Part shown: positions 38,941-50,672 of the stretch, in pieces
How positions within the stretch are numbered: the stretch's first letter is position 1
How the letters are laid out: each line of letters opens with the position of its first letter
Assembly (NCBI GenBank): GCA_050084985.1
Contig: JBITNC010000001.1
Coordinates: forward strand, 114,266,001-114,330,000
From: Nageia nagi
Lineage: Eukaryota; Plantae; Pinophyta
Direction of reading: 5' to 3'
Length of the DNA: 64,000 bases
Translations under genes and position numbers: made by a program
Notes under the pieces: generated by a model
What the model saw: the letters and a program-made list of their open reading frames with translations, nothing else
Database searches by the model: none
What the model was told of the DNA's origin: nothing

Positions 38941-39149
38941 TTAAAGAAGGGATTACAAGTAAATTGGTACTTTGGTACGAAGAGGACAAAGCAACTCTTA
39001 GTTGTAGTTTTCTCTTGCCTTTATCATTTTATACAATCATTTTTTTTGGATTCATTCTTTATAGATTGGTGCACATTTTACACTATCCATGGATAAAAGT
39101 ACCAAGAACTTTTTTTGGTAAATTAGACCAAGAATTCTACTTGCTTATA

Positions 39150-40380
39150 TGTAGCCATGCAGGTCCAGTGGATGAGGGCTATAAAAACTTTAATGGCATG
39201 AGTGTATCTGATTGCATTACTTGTGGGATGAATCATTATACATGCATTGTTGACCTTCTTGGCCATGTAGACTATCTTGAGGGAGCTTTCAACTTCAATG
39301 CCACAATACCCATAAAACTTGAATTGGGTGTGTGGATGTGTCTACTCGGTACTTGTAAATCAAATGTTGTGGTTTTGAATGCCTTGATAGACATGTATGC
39401 AAAATGCGAAACAAACCCTTACAACATGAGGGACTCTTATTGCATTATTCTTGGGATGAATCATTATACATGCATTCTTGATGTCCTTGGTCGTGCAGGC
39501 TATCTTAAGGGAGCTTTCAACTTCATCGCCACAATACCCATAAAACCTTAATTGAGTGTGTGGATGTGTCTAATTGGTGCTTGTAAATCGAATGTTGTGG
39601 TTTTGAATGCCCTGATAGACATGTATGCAAAATGTGGAACAAACTCTTACAACATGAGGGAATCTTATTGTATTATTGGTGGGATGAATCATTATACATG
39701 CATTCTTGACCTTCTTGGTTGTGCAAGCTATCTTGAAGGAGCTTTGAATTTCATTGCCAAAATACCCATAAAACCTAAATTAGATGTGTGGATGTGTCTA
39801 CTTGATGCTTGTAAATTGAATAATCTAGTTTTGTATGCCCCAATAGACATGTATGCAAAATGTAGAACAAATCTTTACAACATGAGGGACTCTTATTGCA
39901 TTATTCCTGGGATGAATCGTTATACATACATTGTTAACCTTCTTGGTTGTGCAGGCTATCTTGAGGGAGCCTTGAACTTCATTGCCCAAATATCGATAAA
40001 ACCTTAATTGGGTGTGTGGAGTGTTATCCTTGGTGCTTGTAAATTGGAAGTTGTGGTTGTGAGTGCTTTGATAGATTAAATGATGCAAAATGTGAAAGAA
40101 TACATAATGCTCAAGAATTGTTTGACAAGATACTACCAAATTACCCATAAAACCTTAATTAGGTGTGTGGATGTGTCTACTTGGTGCTTGTAAATTGAAT
40201 GTTGTGGTTTTGAATGCCCTAATAGATATGTATGCAAATTGTGGAAGAATATACAAAGCCCAAGAATTGTTTGAAAAGATGCATGATGTAAACAAAATTA
40301 TATGGTATGCAAAGATTGTAGGATACATACAAAATGGGTTTTATAAAAAAGGCCCTAGAGACTTTTATTCCAAAAGCATG
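39150..40380 (+). pseudogene. Tandem array of rearranged PLS-class PPR motif fragments (228-bp period x4, plus two variant terminal units)
   Basis: GGGATGAATC recurs at 39225, 39453, 39681 and 39909. The unit reads [76 protein letters not shown]. In-frame TAA at 39549, 40005 and 40156. Confidence 0.9.
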
Positions 40381-40802
40381 ACAATTGCTTGACAAGATAC
40401 ATAGAAGAATATTTGTTGGGTGTTCTTTGCAATCCCTTTAGCTCAATCTCTACTCAACCCCCTTGGCTCGACTCTCTCTTCGTAGAAAACATGAAATGCT
40501 CCAAGTATTATAACCCCTTCGGCTTGAAATGGTATAAGCAAAGTGCTCTACCCCTCGACTACTCTTCCCAAAAAACTTGAAATGTTACAAGTGCCCATTA
40601 CTGAAGTTCATCGTGTGGGATTTTATTATTATTTTTTTATTAACATTGATGGGCATTTTTCACCTGCTTCCTTATGGTTTAGGGGGGTGTTTTAAATCTG
40701 CCCCCTAAAAATCACCATTAAAACTAAAAAATGAGGAGGTTATAAACCATCTCATCAAAAACTGCCTCAAATTGCAAGCCTCTAAAGCTCGTTTTTGGTA
40801 TA

Positions 40803-42300
40803 GTGAAAGTTGATGAACATAGTGATTTCTTAAAAAGAAATTATATCTTATATGAAATCATAATTTCTCATGAAGTAATTCATTCTTTCCACTCCTATAA
40901 AGATGTAGGTATGTTGATGAAATCAAATATTAAAAAAACTTATTATAGAGGATTGGGATTTCTTTTAAAACTTATTAATAGATTTACTACATACGATTTT
41001 TTTTCCTAGGGATTCCTTTTTTAACCTAATCAATTGATGTCTAGTTGAATTCTTCCCTTCCTCTAGGGGTTTAAGATAGGGAGATCATTTATCACCCTTT
41101 CTTTTTATTCTAATGCTCGAGTCTTTGGGTAGGGCTTCAACAAAAGAGTGATAAAAAAGTAGCATTTTAGGAATCAAGATCACTAATAGATTCCTTAATT
41201 AGTTCCACCTAATTCGATTTGTGGATGCTAAACTTTTATTGGGTTCCCTAGGGTTTATAAGAAAAAAACTTATGGAAAGAGTTTGAAAGACTACAAGAAG
41301 GTTTAATAGGAAATAACTAACTTGCATAAATCTAATATTTTTCTTAAATGTAAAATACTCAATGAACAATAGAATCAAAGCTACCTTGGATTTTTCTTAG
41401 GATATTCTCCCAAACTTCTACTTGGGCATTTCACTATTTAGAGGACCAATATGAGAAGCTCTTTTGGAGCCTCTGGTTGATAGATTCAAATTGAAACTAG
41501 CCTCTTGGAAGGCTAAATGGTTGCCTCTAGGATAAAGCATTCAATTGCTAAACCCAATACTTTAAGCTCTTTTCATAAATTTTGTATTTCTCTTACAAAT
41601 TTCTTAAAGGTGCTTTAAATGCTTGATCAAATTAAAAAAAACAAAAATATTCCTATGGGGAAGTAGTGAGAATGAAAGCAAGCAAAGAGGAGCAAGTCTA
41701 AAGAATCCCTCATGCATGAGAGTAGCCTTTGGTGTCAAACTATTTTAGTTACTTTATGAAGAAAAGATTAGGTTATGGAGTAATATACTCAACAACAAAT
41801 ATCTAGAAGGAGCTTAAAAAAATAGTATTATTATGATGTATAGCAGGATCTCCATAAAGGATCTTCTACGTGGAATTTTGTGGTAAGATAAAACAATTTG
41901 AGTAAGGCATATGTAAGTGGGTAGTGAATAAAGGAAAATAAGTTTTCTCTAGGATGATACATGGTTTTTTCCAAATATTCTCTTAGAGAATAATGGAGTT
42001 CTAGATAACTCAAAGACTTTTGTATCAATACATGGGGTCTAAGGATAGTTGATTAATTGTAAAATCTCAACGGAGGGAGAAGGTAGTGGAAAATATAGAT
42101 GGAAATTCAAAAGGTTAATAAGATTTCTTAGCAGGAGAATAAATAAATATTTGTATGGATTGAAAGTAGGGAATGGACATAGTGACAAAGAGATATACAT
42201 CAATCCATAACATTTTTATTCAAAAAACTATCTAATTGGATTAAAGAGGGGCTTCCCAAGATCAATGCTTGATAGCTATGAAGAATACAATTATGACATG
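40803..42300 (+). mobile_element. Degenerate L1-type LINE reverse transcriptase fragment
   Basis: IIISHEVIHS..GMLMKSNIKKTYYR; FPSSRGLR*GDHLSPFLFILMLESLGR; FYLGISLF..LVDRFKLKLASWKAKWL; many stops; 3' limit uncertain. Confidence 0.8.
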
Positions 42301-42516
42301 TAATAGGATAAGAACAAAGGTACAAAGAGGAGCATCAATATGTTACCTTTGATAGAATAGTAAGGAAATAATTTCCCATTTAATTCTCCATTACACTAGA
42401 TCTTAGAGAATGGGATTATTCCACTAAAAAAATAGGAATTCAGTGGTGCATAACAAGGAATTTGGAGGTATTTAAAAAGGTTGGACTCATCCTTTCAAAT
42501 ATTTTATCGTCTAATG

Positions 42517-42791
42517 TATAATTATCAAACTCAAACTTAGATTGGACTTGACGAGGTCCCTTTAGGCCTCAAACTTGAAAAAACAACTTAGCAAAAAATA
42601 AAAATGGAAAAAAAGAATCAATAAAAATATAAAATGAAAAAAACTCAAAGAAAAAGAACTTGGTCAAGGCTCAACTTGAACTTGGGTTAGATTTAGAAAA
42701 ACCTAAGCACAAGTGGACTTAACTTGGTTGAATCCACTTAGACTCAAAATCAGCCAAGCATTCAAGACTTGAGCCAAGTTTGAGAACTATG
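42517..42791. mobile_element. hAT-family MITE (~275 bp) with 8-bp TSD
   Basis: Ends TATAATTATCAAACTC.. and ..AAGTTTGAGAACTATG (decayed inverted repeats); flanks GTCTAATG / GTCCAATT (6/8 identical); left end similar to the 38041 terminus. Confidence 0.7.
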
Positions 42792-43759
42792 GTCCAATTT
42801 ATTTGTACACTAGGACCAAGAGTAACTTGTTGGAGTATTTAGCCAGAGAGAATTCATAGATTTTTAATAGGTGATTCTTATTTTTTTATGAAATCATTAG
42901 AAAAGTTATGTATACCATTTATGAAAGTGTCCAAATTTGGATGAAAGAAGATCCATATCCTAATAAGGAAAGCCCCTCTAATTGGAATTTGATCTCCCTT
43001 AACAAGTAGGGTTTTGTATGAGCCAAGAATAGGAATGATAAATGAGAAAGACTAAAGGAAGGGGTCAAAATATCATTTTTAATGACTCTTGAAAATTATG
43101 TTTGATCAAAGTAATGAGTGGTATTGGTATTAATGATGATAAAGGCCAAGATATCATAGATTTTTCCAATTGTATGGAGAGGTAACTAATAATAAATTAG
43201 AATATTTTGTAGGCATAGGGGTTTTTCATCTCATTTGCTAGCATATTTTGGGAGGTATTTATAGAATGGAATTTCCAAATAGTTGTGTTAATGTTCAAAG
43301 GGCTTAAGCTAGATAACTTCAAGGCTATAAATATTTGGAAGGATATGGATGTTATGAAGTTCTAAAATGAAGGGAAACATTGAAGTTGGACATGTGAGAA
43401 TGAATACTAATAAATACCTTAAATAATCAATATAATATCAAACATGTAATAAATAATAATAATTAAATAATATGCAGGTAAGAATACATTTATTAGATAG
43501 ATTGAATCAACCTATCAAGAGTAAGGGATTAGAGAGTAACAAACATGTGTACTTACCTAGTATGTTGGATCACACACCTAATATAGGTCATGCAAAATGA
43601 TGGATGAATCACGAAAAGATCTCAACCAAGTGGAATGAGAAAATACAATGATGTCATCGTTGTATAACCCAATGATGTCATTACAATGCAGATACATGAT
43701 GTCATCATGGTATAGCCTAGGGATAGTTCATGGAGGATGTGTATGGATTTTTGAGATCT

Positions 43760-46700
43760 CATCAAAATCATCATCAAGGATAAGTTTCCCATTCCATTCA
43801 TTGATGACATATTAGATGAATTGCATTAAAGTAAAATTATTCACCAAATTGTATCTTCACTCTAGGTATCATCAAATTAAGATGCATAGGGTTTATACCC
43901 TAAAGACCACTTTATGAACTCATGAAGGGTATTATGACTTCTTGGTGATGCCATTTGGTCTCACAAATACACCATCAACCTTACAAAGCCTCATGAATAA
44001 GTTATTGAAGCCATACATAAGAAAATTTGTATTGGTATTTTTTTAATGATATTTTGATCTATAACAAAAATTAGAAGGACCACCTTCAACACATAAGGTT
44101 GGTGCTATAATTGCTTTAAGATCACAAACTATTTGTGAAAATATCCAAAAGCATTCTTGGCTCAACATAAGTAGAATATTTGGCCATATTATTTTTGAAA
44201 AAGGTTTTCAAGTTGATCCAAGGAAAATTTAGACCATGGTTAATTGGCCACCTTCAAATACCCTAAAATATTTACAGGGATTCTTAGGATTGATAGGATA
44301 CTACCATTAGTTTGTTAGGGATTATGGAAAGATTACAACCCCTTTGATAGTCATACTTCAAAAAATTTCTTTCCATTAGACTGAAGCTTCCACTCATGCC
44401 TTTGAAAAAATCAAATAGGCCATATGTTTCATGCCAGTGTTAGCCATGCTATATCTTAGAAAAAATTCACCCTTGAATATGATTCATTAGGATTAGGAAT
44501 TGGTACAGTTCTTATGCAGGATAAAAGATCACAAGCATATCCTTGATTGTTAAAAATTTATCCAAATTCACCTATGATAAGGATATATTAGGCATTGTAC
44601 ATGCAATTCAACATTAGCACTAATATTTTTTTAGTAGCTATTTTCATATCAAAATAGATCATCATAGCCTAAAGCATTTCTTAGAATAGAGGGTATTCTC
44701 ACTTGAACAACATAAACAGGTCACCAAACTCCTTGGTTATGACTATGAGATCTCTAATAAAAATGGGAAGGATAATATGATAGTTGACACCTTATATAGG
44801 ATCCAAAAGGACTCTGATACAATCTCTACCTTCTTAGTCCTTCACACAGATGAGATTTAAAATATTAAAAATGCATGATAATAAGATCCCCATATTTTCA
44901 AAATCATTCAAGAGTTAAAGGTTGATTCCACATCACACAAACATTACTCTTGGCATAGAACCATATCAAACATCTCAAGTTGTATAGTACAAGAGTTGTA
45001 CTCCACACCCATTGGAGGGTATTTTGAATTTCTATGCTTATGCCTATGTAAAATACGATTTCTCTTTAGTAAGGAATTAAAAACTATATTAAGGATTTTG
45101 TTGATGCATTTGACACCTACTAACATCACAAAGGGGAGACTATGCAAGCATATGGCCTCTTTCAACCCCTTCCAAATTGAGAGACTCTTTAGGAGTATAT
45201 TTCAATGGACTTTATTGAAGGGCTTCCTTAATGTGTAGGTAAATCTATCATTTTAATTATTTTTGATAGGCTCACAAAGTATATATAATTTTTATGCATT
45301 ATTTAATCTTTACACAAGTACTAATATAGTCCACATATTCATGGAAAAACATTTTTAATTACATGGTATGCCCAAAACTATAGTTAGTGATTAAGATCCC
45401 ACTTTCACAAGAAAATTCTAGAAAGAATTTTTTAAGTTACAAGGGGTCCAATTGAAACATAACTAGACCTATCATCCTTAAACTGATGGAAAACCTGAAG
45501 TGGTCAACAAGAACCTTGAGGCACATCTTCATTATTTTTCATTTGAATAAGGTAAGTGGAGTCATTGGTTTTCATTAGTTGAATGGTGGTATAACACATC
45601 CCAAAACTCCTCTAGTTGGATGACCTCTTATAAAGCATTATATGATGAGCTACTATAATCCTTGACTTCCTATCTTCCAAGTGTTTCCAAAGTTGATGTA
45701 GAAGATATTTAGCTAACACAACACTAAGAGGTTTTGAAGGCTAACTTAGCATCAACTCAAAATAGGATGAATCAATAAATAGATCGCATCAACTCAAAAT
45801 AGGATGAATCAATAAATAGATCACCATCATTATGAATGCTAACTTATAGTTGGCGATATAGTTTTACTTTATCTACAACCTTATAAGAAAACATTAGTTA
45901 AATTAAAGTGTCATCAAAAGTTAACACCAAGGTTCTATGGATCTTATCATATTCTACAAAAGATTGGATAAGTTGCCTACAAATTGGAATTATCATGACC
46001 AAATTACAAGGTTCATCTAGTGTTTTGTGTCTCATTTCTTAAATAAGTACTACATAAACATGTTCTAATTCAAATGGTACTTCCCTAATCAGATAAAAAA
46101 GGATAATTACTACTCCAACTCATAGCCATCATCAATAAATGAAATTACCAACTTTACTTAAGGACAATCATAAAAGTTTTGGTTTAGTGGCAAGTTCTAC
46201 AACCTGAAGATACTACATAGGAACCACTCCATACTTTTCAAAAACAATTTATAAACTTCAAGCTTTGAAGACAAATCTTCTCTAAGGGATGTGGCATTTT
46301 ATGCCTCCACTATGGAACCACAAAGAATGACTCATATTGTGATGTGGCATAGGTAGTGATGTGAAGGGTATATTAGAATATTATAAGGTAGCATATTTTT
46401 TCATAGAATAATATGTTTGTGGCATATTTTATTATAGAATATTGTGTGTGTATCATAGGATAATATTATGGCATATAATATAATGTATGTGGTTAATGTG
46501 TGTCATAATAATATTATGTATGTGTTAGAAAAGGGTGTATGAGGATAATATGAGGTGGATCATATAGAAAGCTAATTGTAATATATAAAATGGAATGAGA
46601 GGAACTAAAATGTTAAGCTTGAGAATTGTATCATTTTTCTACTACAAAGGAGGTTGCACCCTTAAATAGGCATGTGGTACTAAGTAAAGTTAATCTCTTC

Positions 46701-46910
46701 CCATTTTCTTTATATATTCATTGATTTATGTATTATTGGTTATTTACTACATTACCTTATAGTTTTTAATATAATATTGAGTACAAAATATAATATCAAT
46801 TTGATTCACTTAGCTCCAATCACTCTTGTAATGTAAATTCCATCCATAAGAAGAATTAATTCAAATCTTGTAGCTATTTATTTTATTTTATTTTAGAAGA
46901 AGCATATCAC
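43760..46910 (+). mobile_element. Heavily mutated Ty3/gypsy chromovirus, 5'-truncated: RT-RH-IN-chromodomain, PPT and probable 3' LTR (~46297-46910)
   Basis: IIKDKFPIPFIDDILDELH; YHQIKM; [20 protein letters not shown]; GFLGLIGYY; LHGMPKTIVSD*DPTFT; KLTPRFYGSY; QPEDTT*EP; PPT-like AAGGGATGTGGCA. Same architecture as the intron-4 element; LTR end approximate. Confidence 0.9.
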
Positions 46911-48714
46911 ATGGTTTCCATGTATGATAGCTTTATGGTGTGAGTGGCTTAATAAAAATTGACAAACTCATTTTGCAATCACCATGAAGAAGGAAGCCAA
47001 AGAAAGCAAAGGTGGAAAACTCCACACCAACAACTACCCTCCACCCAAAGTGATTTTATTCAAATTTCGTTATTAAGAAATACCCTCAATAGAAAATACT
47101 TTATAGATTAGGCTTCCAATCAATCTCAAAAGAAACTATTTAAAATTAGCTTCACAATGCAAAACATGATACCAAAAATAGATATCGAATGCCCAAGTTA
47201 TGAAATTTGGAAAAGTTTTTATAAAAATAAGATATCTTGCTAAGAACTAATCTAAATGATTTAAAAGTTTGGACAAAGATGTGAAAAAATATAGATGTAG
47301 ATTTATACAAAAATTGGTAATAAAAATTCTTAATCAATCAAAATATATCACCAAATTATGAACTTTGGATAAGCTTTCATAAAAATATAATAACTTTCAC
47401 AAAATGTATCCAAATCACCTAAATTTTTGGGAGAATGACACATGTTAGAGATGGAATTGTATGTAAAAGTTCATGATAAAATTAGTAGTTAATCCAAAGA
47501 TATCTCTAAAATATGGTAGTAGTCTACTAAATCTCACTAAATAAATGATTTAGAAAACCAAATCAACAAACCTCTACAAGTCAAAAGGAAATGGATCATT
47601 TTTAAAAAATAATATCAAATATGCATGTCAATAATGAGAACATGCAAGGGTTTTAAGAATGATTCTAAAATCTTTCTAGCTCTAGTACCATGAAAGAAAT
47701 GATAGTAAAAAATAAAACACAACTAGATCTAAGATTTGGAAAGCATCATAATGAAAAATATAAGAGAAAATCTCAAGAACTGAGTCTATATATTATATTA
47801 TACAATAGAGAATCCTTGCCTAAATAGGAAAATACATATAATATGAGCCACTAGATCATAACAAAAAATGTTAATCATAATCGAATGGATCTCAACCATT
47901 TAAATATTAGCTAGTTATGATAAAGATAAAATAAATAAAAGGAAACTTTATATCTTTCTAAGCTTAAGACATAATCTAATAGGAAATCCTCATGCATATA
48001 GAACTTCTCAAACTTGGTTTACATCAAAATATTATGCAGCCTTCCCAATCTTAACATAGTGTGGGTTCAACATTTGAGAAAAAAACTATGCACCTGCTTT
48101 TATAAGAGAATACCAATCATGGTGAAGCCATATGGGGATCTAAAAAATTCTTTGCAAGCATAGAGGAATAAGCACATTGAGTGAATACATATTTATTTTG
48201 GAAGGAAGGAAACAATCACTACCACACTTCAATGCCTCAACTCATGATGTACACACACATTCAAATTAGTACTTAACAATGTTTACATAGATCTCAAAGA
48301 AGTGTGCCTGAAGATCTATACATTCATTGATAAGGATATTGGCACAAATTCAAGATAGTCGATTAGCAAACTACTTCAATATTGCTCATACTTCTCCTTA
48401 ATTTCAACAACTCATGAATTTTTGCAAATAATTTTTTGACAAGCTTAGGGTATACAAGAAAATATATCTTCACCATTATGTTTTGATACAATGAAAATAT
48501 TTACAATATTATCTTATTCATGAGTTATATTTATACATAGGAATGTAACCAACTAGGTTATCTTCATTTACCCAATACAGAATGTAACAAATTGATCACA
48601 TGACTCCTATGATAAACACAAAAACTCATGATGTAATAATCCTAACAAACTAAATATGGGTGATCCATGAGTGCATCCAAATAATAAACTTACTAATAAT
48701 GTAATATGTTCTAG

Positions 48715-49700
48715 CAGAAGCTAATAAATATAAAGTAGTGATTGTATGACTACATCTTGATAGTTCTTAACTATGGGGTGTTATTAGTTATGGATAGTGA
48801 TTCTTGCTCATTCAAACAATGGAAAATCATGTGATATATTGAGGAGAATAAAATGATAGATTATGTGATATATTGAGAAGAATAAAATGATGTACTCATT
48901 AGAATTTATATGCTTATCCATTTATAATATGAACTTGATTGATTATGCATAATATGAGAAGACTAAAGTATTGAAATTAGAATAATAAGAAGGCACCATA
49001 GATTCTTTAAGCTAATTATCATCTATTCTATAAGGCATGTGTTATTTTTCCACTTTAAACTAATGTAACGAGTATATTCTTATAAAAGCACATGCTCTAG
49101 TAAATTATATTAATGTCAAATAGACACCAATTGATCTATTTGCAGGCAGTTGTAGTAGGCCATTATATAGCATGTGTGTCTTCAAATGACTTGAAATTTT
49201 GGTATTATGTGTTTGAATACTTGTGACTGGTTGTTAAAAAATTCACAGAAGGATCCCAAAAATGAAGAATGCTGATTATCTCTCATAGATAAACACTTGA
49301 AAGATAATAAAAGTAAATATTTTAAAAAATTTAATTCCATGAAAAATTCAAAATTTTACAAATACAAAAATAAAAAAACTTGGTAACTTATTATTTTTGT
49401 TAAACATAAATGATTCATAATGAATCTTAACAATAAATCTTTTATAATGTAATATTTCTAGAAGCTAATCAATTTAAATAATGATTGTATGACTATATCT
49501 TAATAGTTCTTAATTATAGGTATTATAAATATGGATAACGATTTTTGCTCATTTGAATAATGGAAGTTCATATGATATATTGAACATAAAATTATAGATT
49601 ATATGATGTATTAAGGAGAATAAAATGATGTATTCATTAGAATATTATAGGCTTATCCATTTATAATATGAACTTAATTCATTATGTACAATATGAAAAA
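48715..49700. repeat. ~245-bp direct repeat pair (~48715-48960 and ~49458-49700)
   Basis: AGAAGCTAAT..TGATTGTATGACTA.ATCTT.ATAGTTCTTAA..GCTTATCCATTTATAATATGAACTT in both copies. Confidence 0.85.
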
Positions 49701-50032
49701 TCAGCCCAATGCCGCTCAATAACATTCCCGATTCTCGGATTCCAAGCTTTCAAGCCCCTAACAATGGGCTCCAATACCAAAGGATTCTGGGTAAGCATAG
49801 CCTGAAGTTTAACGAAGTTGGGATTCTCACGCAACCGTGATAAAAATGAAATTAAACGTTTTCTTGTTGTGACGCATAACAACAAGGGGAAATCTGTTCT
49901 CTGTCAGCTTGTTTTGTTCTACAGTGGTGTTATTTGCGAGATGTTTTGCATCGTAAGTTAATAATTGCTGGTCATAAGGATAACTTGAAGGTCGAACTGG
50001 TTTCCGTCCAGGGTTTTGACGGTGAGCCTCAT
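49697..50032 (-). pseudogene. RAD23: Intronless RAD23-like retrocopy 1: UBL domain (61-nt internal deletion) followed directly by the XPC-binding/STI1 domain; 3' truncated
   Basis: ATG at 50032: MRLTVKTLDGNQFDLQV / frameshift / YPYDQQLLTYDAKHLANNTTVEQNKLTENRFPLVVMRHNKK / frameshift / FLSRLRENPNFVKLQAMLTQNPLVLEPIVRGLKAWNPRIGNVIERHWADF. These match the plant RAD23 UBL (MKLTVKTLKG..YP..QQLLIH.GKVLKDETT..ENKV.E..FLVVM) and XPC-binding (FLRN..QFQALR.MVQANP.ILQPMLQEL.KQNP..I..HQADF) consensus as recalled. Confidence 0.8.
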
Positions 50033-50609
50033 TAAGATTTTGGCATTTCAGACCTTCCAAGAGACTGGGCTTTGCATGCTATGGTTGAGATTACAAGATA
50101 GAAGGAAGAAGGTGGTGTGACACGGCTGTTGATTTTTGTTGGAAGCGACTCTTCTTTTCCAATGAGAAAACTATTCTTATTTTCATAGTGTTTTTCTTTT
50201 ATGAATATAAATTCTTCACTAAAGTTCGTAGAAATATTTTTATGAAAATATAAATATATTTCTTACATTTAATGTGATGATAGAAAATATTAGTGATTTT
50301 ATATATATTATAGTAGACAATCATTCTTATCATCTAATGATATTATTTTTAGGTGAAGGTTATTTGTTGTTTAAATTTCATCATAAAGGATGGATATATA
50401 TCAAAAATTTTGTCATCATCCATCATTCAATTCCGTCATTTTGTGTTATATATATGTAAAAGGTTTATCTATATACACAAGTTTTATTATACATGCTCAT
50501 GCTTTAGTATATATGTTCAATCTTTATTATATATGCCTAGGCTTTACCATATATGCTTAGGCTTTAGTGAAAAAATCAAAGTCCTAAACACAAATTCAAA
50601 AATCAGCTT

Positions 50610-50672
50610 TCCAAAGACTTGAACCTAAATCATTCATCTCAAATTCAAATATCTTAACCACTATGCACAACA
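50610..50672 (-). mobile_element. tRNA-like (SINE head) remnant
   Basis: Minus strand TGTGCATAGTGGTTAAG...AGGTTCAAGTCT: A-box-like and B-box-like motifs at tRNA spacing; decayed, not a functional tRNA. Confidence 0.35.

Noticed and set aside
39150-40010. CRISPR-like or spacer-containing array
   Set aside because: Units are homologous along their whole length with no unique spacers; eukaryotic context. The same holds for the 40-bp and 25-bp minisatellites.
39150-40380. PPR array as an intact protein-coding gene (ORFs 38964-39551, 39552-40007, 40165-40392)
   Set aside because: In-frame TAA at 39549, 40005 and 40156, a frameshift near 40078, non-ATG ORF starts and no targeting peptide. Kept as a pseudogene/array.
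40440-40570. tRNA-like segment on the minus strand (GTAGTCGAGGGGTAGAGCAC)
   Set aside because: Only a D-arm-like motif; no T-arm/B box or cloverleaf.
38041-42791. Single Pack-hAT element that captured the PPR array and LINE
   Set aside because: The flank of 38041 (GCACTTAG) does not match the flank of 42791 (GTCCAATT). The latter matches the flank of 42517 (GTCTAATG), so the right end belongs to a separate MITE.
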